Shown here one piece after another: positions 47,154 through 53,488 of a stretch of DNA of 53,488 nucleotides (position 1 is the stretch's first letter; each line of letters begins with the position of its first letter). The DNA is from Bacteroidales bacterium (GTDB lineage: Bacteria; Bacteroidota; Bacteroidia; Bacteroidales; 4484-276): contig JAOZMX010000003.1 in assembly GCA_029934065.1 (NCBI GenBank), positions 1-53,488 of the forward strand. The letters are read 5' to 3'. A program made the translations under genes and the position numbers. Under the pieces are notes generated by a model. That model was not told the DNA's origin. It did no database searches and saw only the letters and a program-made list of their open reading frames with translations.

Positions 47154-47465
47154 ATGATTATGTCACCATTGTTGAAGAGAATCCTGAAAAGCAAAATCAC
47201 CTGGATCGTTGTGATCTTTGGCGTGTGGATGGTGTTTTTCGATCAGAACAGTCTGATCCGGCAAATTTCACTCTCCCGCGAGCTGAACAAGGCGCAGAAA
47301 CAGGAACAGTATTACCGGAAAGAGATTGCCAAAGACAGTCTTCAGCTTGAAAAACTAAAGACCGATGACAAGGAGGTTGAAAAACTGGCCCGGGAAAAAT
47401 ACATGATGAAAAAAGACGACGAAAAGATATTTCTCATCGTCAGAGAGGATGAGGAGGAAAAATAG
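47154..47465 (+). CDS. ftsB: Septum formation initiator (FtsB/DivIC family)
   Basis: TM, then WMVFFDQNS, coiled coil, EKLAREKYMMKKDDE; TATCTTTG box at 47128-47135 supports a start at 47154 or 47160. Confidence 0.8.
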   Translation: MIMSPLLKRILKSKITWIVVIFGVWMVFFDQNSLIRQISLSRELNKAQKQEQYYRKEIAKDSLQLEKLKTDDKEVEKLAREKYMMKKDDEKIFLIVREDEEEK

Positions 47466-47509
47466 ACCGGAGTTGCCGGGATCCTTTCCAAAGGCCAAAG
47501 ACTCATGGC

Positions 47510-47720
47510 GCTCAAAATCTTAATCGTATCAACGACGGGGAATTTGCTGTGTATTGATAAATTGCTGCTGCTCCTCACCGGGTATGGGAATCCGGTCTGT
47601 TTTGCAATTTCCATCCCGCAGCAATAGGTCTCCTGCATGAACAAAATATCCGGATCTTCCTGTTCGATCACTTTTACCGTGTTGATGGTGTTGGAAGTGT
47701 CTTTTTGATATTGATTTTTG
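47510..47720 (-). pseudogene. Remnant of an endonuclease/exonuclease/phosphatase (EEP) family gene
   Basis: Isolated EEP motifs VIEQEDPDILFMQETY and NLSIHSKFPVV; no proper start, no N-terminal NI/NV motif, no C-terminal GDFN/SDH. Confidence 0.6.
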
Positions 47721-47824
47721 CTTGATAAAAACCGGATTAAAAATATTTTTTCAAAATGATGATAAAAAAATAACCGTACATTTGCTCGTTGATTATTTAC
47801 ATGAATTTTAAACTAAAAAATGCT

Positions 47825-49348
47825 ATGACACTAATGATAAAAGGAGCCGGGCTAACCATTGAGGATGTGGTGAATGTGGCCCGTCATCAACAAAAAGTAG
47901 CCCTTCATCCCGATGCTTTGGCAAGGATTAAAAAATGCCGTGCCATGCTCGAAAAGAAAATTGCGGCACATGAGATCATGTACGGGGTCAACACGGGCAT
48001 CGGAGAGTTTTCGGAGGTTGTGCTTTCGGACGAGCAGGTCAAGGAATTTCAAAAATATTTGATATACAACCATTCGGCGGGCATCGGAGAGCCCATGCCG
48101 GAAGATTATGTGCGCGGTGCCATGCTCGGAAGGATCAATGTGCATGCCCATGGAAATTCGGGTATCCGCCCCGAAATTACGCTTACGTTGGTCGAGATGC
48201 TCAACAAAGGGGTGACGCCGTGGGTTTGCCGCAAAGGCTCCGTTGGTGCCAGCGGCGACTTGGCGCCCATGTCGCAAATCGCTTTGCTGATGATGGGAGA
48301 GGGCAGGGCTTACTACAAGGGCAAACTCTATCCCGGCAGGGAGGCCATGGAAAAGGCCGGCATTCCGCTGCCCGGACTGCAGGCCCGCGACGGACTGGGG
48401 ATCATCAACGGTTCCAATGTGCTGACGGCCATGAGTGCACTTTTTCTGTACGATGCCTTCAACTGGCTGAAACAAGCCGAGATCACCGCCGCCATGTCGC
48501 TGGAAGCCTTGAAGGCCAACATGAAACCCTACGACAGGAAAATCCATGAGGTGCGCGGATTTAAAGGTGCCATCAGCAGTGCCTTGAACATCAAAAGGAT
48601 GGTTGCCGGCGGCGATCTTGCCGAAGGAAGGATACCCTGCAAGGTGCAGGATGCCTATTCCATGCGCTCCACACCGCAGGTGATCGGCGCTGCCCGTGAT
48701 GCCCTGACCTATGCCCGCTCGCAGGTGGAGATCGAGTTGAACGGCGTGGGCGACAATCCCATCTTCTTTCCCGATGAGAACATTCAGCTTTCGGGAGCCA
48801 ACTTTCAGGGTACTCCGGTGTCGTTGCCCATGGATATGGCCGGGGCGGCCGTTACCATGGTCAGCGTATTGTCGGAACGCAGAATGAACCGGCTCAACAA
48901 CCCGGCATTGAGTGTCGGTTTGCCGGCATTTCTGACCAAGGGAGCGGGGATGTTCTCGGGGCTGATGCTCAGCCAATATACCGCCGACATGCAGATTGTG
49001 GAACAACGTATCCTGAGCGCCCCGGCGTCGGTACAATCCATACCCGCTGCCGCCGACCAGGAGGATTTTGTCTCCATGGGAATGAATACGGCCATCAAAA
49101 ATTTTCAGATTCTCGACAATGCTTACGGTATCCTCGGCATTGAAATGATGGCTGCCGCACAGGCACTCGATTTTCGCGACTATCAATTCGGGACGGGAAC
49201 AACAAAGGCCAAAGAGGTGGTAAGACGCCATGTGGATTTCCTTGACATCGACAGGCCGCTCTACGATGACCATAACAAAATGAAAGAACTGGTGAAATCG
49301 TGTGAAGTGCTCAACGAAGTGGAAAAAACAATCGGGCCTCTGGAATGA
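47825..49348 (+). CDS. MIO-dependent aromatic amino acid ammonia-lyase (HAL/HutH-like)
   Basis: YGVNTGIG, GSVGASGDLAPM (ASG/MIO), INGS, VQDAYSMRSTPQV, DNP, QEDFVSMG; TACATTTG box at 47777-47784. Confidence 0.88.
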   Translation: MTLMIKGAGLTIEDVVNVARHQQKVALHPDALARIKKCRAMLEKKIAAHEIMYGVNTGIGEFSEVVLSDEQVKEFQKYLIYNHSAGIGEPMPEDYVRGAMLGRINVHAHGNSGIRPEITLTLVEMLNKGVTPWVCRKGSVGASGDLAPMSQIALLMMGEGRAYYKGKLYPGREAMEKAGIPLPGLQARDGLGIINGSNVLTAMSALFLYDAFNWLKQAEITAAMSLEALKANMKPYDRKIHEVRGFKGAISSALNIKRMVAGGDLAEGRIPCKVQDAYSMRSTPQVIGAARDALTYARSQVEIELNGVGDNPIFFPDENIQLSGANFQGTPVSLPMDMAGAAVTMVSVLSERRMNRLNNPALSVGLPAFLTKGAGMFSGLMLSQYTADMQIVEQRILSAPASVQSIPAAADQEDFVSMGMNTAIKNFQILDNAYGILGIEMMAAAQALDFRDYQFGTGTTKAKEVVRRHVDFLDIDRPLYDDHNKMKELVKSCEVLNEVEKTIGPLE

Positions 49349-49430
49349 TTTTTATTTGAAAGATAACATGAAATAACTTCAGTAAGCCCGTATGGCATGG
49401 TGCCGGGCTGACACAAAAAAATGATGCATT

Positions 49431-49985
49431 ATGAAAGACCACGAAAAAGATCAATTGATCCAGCTTGTTGTTGCGCCGTATCTGCAAAAGGCAACGGCGC
49501 TGATCGGCGTTGCACGCAAAGTCGGCGGTAACCAGTTCCGGCACATGATGGCCACATTTTCCATTTTGATTGATTACCACTACACCGATCATATTTTGCT
49601 GAAAGCTTCGCTGATCCACGATTTGTTTGAAGATGTGCCCGAAACCCATCCCGACGAGATCAGAAACCTTGATGCCGACGGCCCGATGGTTTTGAAACTG
49701 GTGGAAGAGGTGAGCCGAAAACCCGGAGAAAGCAAAATAGATTATCTGAAAAACATCCTTTTGCATGGCTCCGAGCGGGCAAAGATCCTTAAAGTGGCCG
49801 ATCGTATCAGCAACATTACCGATCTTCATCTCGATATCATCATCAAGGATAAAATGGCCGATTACCTCGAACAAACCATGACCTACATCTACCCGATGGC
49901 CGAAGAGGTCAATCACTTCATGGCCATCGAAATAAAAGACCTGGTTGACCGGCGAAGAATGTACCTCAATAGCTGGAATATGTAG
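49431..49985 (+). CDS. Stand-alone HD hydrolase of the RelA/SpoT hydrolase (SAH/Mesh1-like) family
   Basis: RKVG...H, LIHDLFEDV (HDxxED), LVEEVS, LKVADRISN. Confidence 0.7.
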   Translation: MKDHEKDQLIQLVVAPYLQKATALIGVARKVGGNQFRHMMATFSILIDYHYTDHILLKASLIHDLFEDVPETHPDEIRNLDADGPMVLKLVEEVSRKPGESKIDYLKNILLHGSERAKILKVADRISNITDLHLDIIIKDKMADYLEQTMTYIYPMAEEVNHFMAIEIKDLVDRRRMYLNSWNM

Positions 49986-50054
49986 CGAAGGATGAATTGT
50001 TTACGGATTATTTAATTTGATTGTTTAATAATTTTATCATTTTTTTCTGATTTT

Positions 50055-50492
50055 ATGGATGAACAACGAAATATAGCGGAGCCACCCGGCAGAAGATATC
50101 GCCGGCCTATACTCCTCTCCATTTTGTGTATCCTGAGTTTTGTCGGCAGTGGATTGAGTGGTACGACACTGTTCATGATTTATGCATCATACAAGGAAAT
50201 TATCCCCGCATTGCAGGAGATGAGCTCGGGGGTTGAAGGGATGGAGTTGATCGTTAATGCTCCGAGAGGATTTTTTCTGGCCGGTGCGGTGCTCAACTTT
50301 TTCTCTTTTATCGGTGTAAACCTGATGTGGCGGATGCGAAAAGCGGGATTTCATTTTTATACCGGATCGCAGGTGCTGCTGTTCTTTCTTCCCATCGTCT
50401 ATATCGCCGGATACCCCTTCCCTTTGCTCGACGGCCTGTTCACGCTGATGTTCATCATCATGTATGCCAAGTATTATAAAATATTACGTTAA
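50055..50492 (+). CDS. Hypothetical 4-TM membrane protein (paralog A)
   Basis: RPILLSILCILSFVGSG and MWRMRKAGFHFYTGSQ; hydrophobic profile. Confidence 0.75.
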   Translation: MDEQRNIAEPPGRRYRRPILLSILCILSFVGSGLSGTTLFMIYASYKEIIPALQEMSSGVEGMELIVNAPRGFFLAGAVLNFFSFIGVNLMWRMRKAGFHFYTGSQVLLFFLPIVYIAGYPFPLLDGLFTLMFIIMYAKYYKILR

Positions 50493-50509
50493 TAAATAAA
50501 GAACAAATA

Positions 50510-50941
50510 ATGGCCGACGGAAAAACTGAAACAACACAGCCGGTTGAAAAGGCAGATAAAGGAAAAAGACCGCTCGGGTTATCCCTTTTGCTGATCTTTT
50601 CTTTTGTGTACAACGGATTGCTGACCCTTGTTATGGCCACCGGTCTGTTCTTCCCGGGTGTGGTGCAAAACCTGTTGCAGCGATATTACAAACACATCTA
50701 TATTTCGCCTGCGCTTGCCGTATTGTGGACCCTTGCCGGAGTGGTGGTTTTCGGCTTTTCATTTTTCGGCCTGGTGCTTTTGTGGCGTTACAAACGCAGG
50801 GGATTTCTCTATTATGCCTCTGCACAGATCATCATTCTCGCCTTGTTGATCTTTGTTTTCCATTCGTATGACCTGACCAATATTTCCATTGCCGTAGTGG
50901 TACTTGTGATCTTCGGCCTTTATGCGAAAAACATGAAATAG
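50510..50941 (+). CDS. Hypothetical 4-TM membrane protein (paralog B)
   Basis: RPLGLSLLLIFSFVYNG and LWRYKRRGFLYYASAQ mirror the upstream gene. Confidence 0.75.
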   Translation: MADGKTETTQPVEKADKGKRPLGLSLLLIFSFVYNGLLTLVMATGLFFPGVVQNLLQRYYKHIYISPALAVLWTLAGVVVFGFSFFGLVLLWRYKRRGFLYYASAQIIILALLIFVFHSYDLTNISIAVVVLVIFGLYAKNMK

Positions 50942-51011
50942 TTGCGGGTTTTTGGATTTTCCCCGTCCGGGTAAGATCATAATCATTATTTTTGCCCTTA
51001 AAACACGTTCA

Positions 51012-51581
51012 ATGATCAATTTCGATTACAAGCCGTTTTTGCTGAAAGACCACTATTTTGATCATTCCAGCACGCTTCACGGGATAAACCATACTTATCG
51101 CGTGATGTTCCATGTGCTGAATATCGGCAGAAAGGCAGGGCTGAATCATGACATCCGGCTGGCATTCTGTGCGGCATTCATCCACGATATGGCACGGCTG
51201 CACGACAGTTATTGTACCGAACACGGCATCAGATCGGTCAAAAGAAAACTGCCTGCTTTCAAGCAACTGTTTTTTCAAACGGGCATTGATGCCGACGGTA
51301 TCAGAGCCATCAAACTGGCTGTGGCCAATCATTCCATCCGGCACGAGATCAGCAAAAGCAATCCCTATTATCATACCGTGGCCCTTTTGAAAGATGCCGA
51401 TGCCCTCGACCGGATCAGGATCGGAGAACATAACCTGAAGATCAAATACCTTCGCTACCCGGAAACGGTTGAGCTGGTTGATTTTGCCAAAGAACTCTAT
51501 TACCGCTCGGACGGTCAGATCATCCGGAACATGGATGAGCTCATTGACCTTGCCGTTGGCCTCGGGGAAAAGCCTTTCTGA
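51012..51581 (+). CDS. HD-domain metal-dependent phosphohydrolase
   Basis: LHGINHTYRV, FIHDMAR, EHG, NHS, LKDADALDRIR; TATTTTTG box at 50987-50994. Confidence 0.8.
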   Translation: MINFDYKPFLLKDHYFDHSSTLHGINHTYRVMFHVLNIGRKAGLNHDIRLAFCAAFIHDMARLHDSYCTEHGIRSVKRKLPAFKQLFFQTGIDADGIRAIKLAVANHSIRHEISKSNPYYHTVALLKDADALDRIRIGEHNLKIKYLRYPETVELVDFAKELYYRSDGQIIRNMDELIDLAVGLGEKPF

Positions 51582-51642
51582 CCTTCAAATAAAAATCCGG
51601 AAAATCCGTTTTACTCCCTTATCATTCAAACTACTTTTTTGT

Positions 51643-52296
51643 ATGCTGAAGATCAGGAAGGTTTTCTTTTTTGCGGGATTGATGCTGATGCTCTTTTCAT
51701 TGCAGGGCTGTTTTGAAATTGCCGAAGAGATCACTATCAACGAAGACACCTCGGGGACGCTGACCCTGACGGCGGGCGTTAGCGAGGACAACGGCATTTT
51801 CGGTTTGCTGGGGTCGTTTACCGACATCAGTTTCCTGGATGATATCGAAAATGATGTTCGGTATGTTGTGAACAATCTGAAAAGCCAGCCGGGGGTCTCC
51901 AACGTCAGGTTTACAAAACCCGGTGAGGGGCGCTATCGCTTGTCGTTTGACTTTCGGGACGGCGAATCCCTGAACGATGCATTGTATGCGGCGGCCGGAC
52001 AGGAGAAAAAATTTTGCAGCCCGTCGTTTTACAAGATCGGATCATCCAAATTCCGCAGGAAGAACATCACCAACTGGGCGACAATGTTTCTGAAACGGGA
52101 AAAGGAAAACCTGCCCGACGAATCGCTGTTCGACCTGATCGAGTATAAAACAGTGGTCAGTCTGCCGCGTCCCGTCAGGTCGGTACGGGCTGCCGGTGCC
52201 GTGGTCTCGGACGACGAAAAGTCGGTCTCCACAAGTAATTTTGTCTCCGATATCCTCAACAAGCGGATCAATACCAAAGTTGTCATTCGCTATTAA
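51643..52296 (+). CDS. Hypothetical lipoprotein
   Basis: Lipobox LFSLQGC followed by EEITINEDTSGT; ATG at 51643. Confidence 0.75.
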   Translation: MLKIRKVFFFAGLMLMLFSLQGCFEIAEEITINEDTSGTLTLTAGVSEDNGIFGLLGSFTDISFLDDIENDVRYVVNNLKSQPGVSNVRFTKPGEGRYRLSFDFRDGESLNDALYAAAGQEKKFCSPSFYKIGSSKFRRKNITNWATMFLKREKENLPDESLFDLIEYKTVVSLPRPVRSVRAAGAVVSDDEKSVSTSNFVSDILNKRINTKVVIRY

Positions 52297-52340
52297 ACAC
52301 TTTCCCCATAGCAAAAAAGGCTGATATTTTTTTTGTTACT

Positions 52341-52604
52341 GCTTACCTTACTGTTGATGGTTATTCCCCGGAGAATGCCACTGTGGAACTTTCGGAAGGA
52401 TGGAACCTGATCCCCGTTTTGTCGGAAGAATTGGTTGAGGTACAAACATTGTTTGCGGGGAACATGGATAAAATGGTCATGGTGAAAGAGGCGGTGGGGT
52501 ATAAGGTTTTTTGGCCGGCCAAAAACATTGCGACATTGCAGAAATTACAACCCGGCGGGGCTTACCTCGTCAAGGCGACGGAGGGGTTTACGATTACTTT
52601 TTAG
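52341..52604 (+). pseudogene. Orphan C-terminal domain fragment of a secreted-protein family (GWNLIPVLS module)
   Basis: Open frame AYLTVDGYSPENATVELSEGWNLIPVLS...VFWP...LQPGGAYLVK...ITF with no ATG and no signal peptide. Confidence 0.55.
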
Positions 52605-52765
52605 CTGTTCCGGTTTTCAGGAGAAGGCATTTCCGCCGGATATCAGATGCCTGCCCTCGACTTGCCGGGATCTGATGTTCTGCCTGACTTTTTCCTTTGA
52701 AATTGAACAACATGTCGGTTGGCTTTGCCTACCAAGAGCCTGTTATTTTAGGGTAAGAATCGGCA

Positions 52766-53047
52766 TTACCTGTCGTAAACATCGTTGTAAATCTCGGGAT
52801 CGTCCGAATCGCCCGCTTCGTCGGCCTCGTGCCATGCCTCGGAAGGATCGTCAAGGTAGTCGCCTTCAACCCGAAACGTATCCACCCGTTTACGGTCTTT
52901 TTCTTGCTGTGCGTCCAGCCAAAAGTTGTGGTAAGGCCTGGAGGGCAAAGGCGGCGGCTCCTCCGGCTCTTTAGAAGGAAACAGCAACTCATACAAAATA
53001 GCTAATATCGCCAGCAGGGCGAGTAACTTTAATATGAATTTAATCAT
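52766..53047 (-). CDS. Small hypothetical membrane-anchored protein with a Pro-rich linker and acidic tail
   Basis: ATG after an AT-rich leader, N-terminal TM, PEEPPPLP, D/E-rich C-terminus. Confidence 0.55.
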   Translation of the reverse strand: MIKFILKLLALLAILAILYELLFPSKEPEEPPPLPSRPYHNFWLDAQQEKDRKRVDTFRVEGDYLDDPSEAWHEADEAGDSDDPEIYNDVYDR

Positions 53048-53488
53048 GGCCAATCAGATTTAAATCCGGTATATTTTTTTTCAAATGTTTAGGAAAACAT
53101 TTCAGATCGTGTTCCAAAATATTGTGCCCGCATATAAAACAGGAATCCTTTATGAATTTCTTAAACCGTGAAATACCGATCGAATGAAAAGTTTCGCTGT
53201 CAACTTTTAATATTTTTTCTATAACTCCTAAAAATATGATCGTATTGTAATTTAAGATAGACTTTTCAAAAACCGATTTTCTCTCTAATCATTATTTCCA
53301 AGTGCAGACTTTATTTTGTTTCGATTCTTAAACAACAAGCCTTTTATGAACTATTTTGATGTTTAACAATTCCCTTCCAATTATTTAAATTTAGGGTCCT
53401 TTTCTTTTAGCATCGTACGAGTGGTAACAATGATTTCCCAACCATCCAACCCGGGTTTTAGCCCAAAACAGCCATTTGATATCAGATG

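Noticed and set aside
49386-49410. Hairpin AGCCCG...CGGGCT between the lyase and HD gene as a terminator or riboswitch
   Set aside because: It is followed by an A-tract rather than a U-tract and shows no recognisable aptamer.
53060-53488. Possible gene end or small ORFs at the right edge
   Set aside because: Two minus-strand frames are open for only ~30-35 codons from the edge with no recognisable motif; I cannot support a call.

Overview
A ~53.5 kb chromosomal segment of an anaerobic, proteolytic Bacteroidota, probably Bacteroidales. The assignment rests on four T9SS C-terminal-domain proteins, C25 gingipain-like proteases, a Bacteroidetes-type PurF and repeated TAnnTTTG -7 promoter boxes. 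I see no rRNA, tRNA, CRISPR array or intact transposase. The highlight is a divergent respiratory locus at 9.6-19.2 kb. Leftward it encodes a Rieske protein and a single 924-aa cytochrome b fused to a periplasmic multiheme domain (11 CxxCH plus one CX4CH, and a non-canonical GPWY Qo motif). Rightward it encodes a polysulfide/thiosulfate reductase PsrABC, a split YeeE/YedE sulfur-transporter pair and two membrane-anchored rhodanese-fold proteins lacking the catalytic Cys, one ending in a SoxY-like ...GGC arm. Elsewhere the window carries two S9 peptidases, a TlpA-like protein, a CDF transporter, a transglutaminase-like lipoprotein, an M14 carboxypeptidase, a PlpD-like patatin, purF, a qNor with an Rrf2 regulator, an AlgI/AlgJ-like pair, two tandem C25 proteases (one with a CxxC Omp28-like domain), ftsB, an MIO ammonia-lyase, two HD proteins, small palindromic elements and two gene remnants. 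All family assignments come from motif recognition by eye; no database searches were run.
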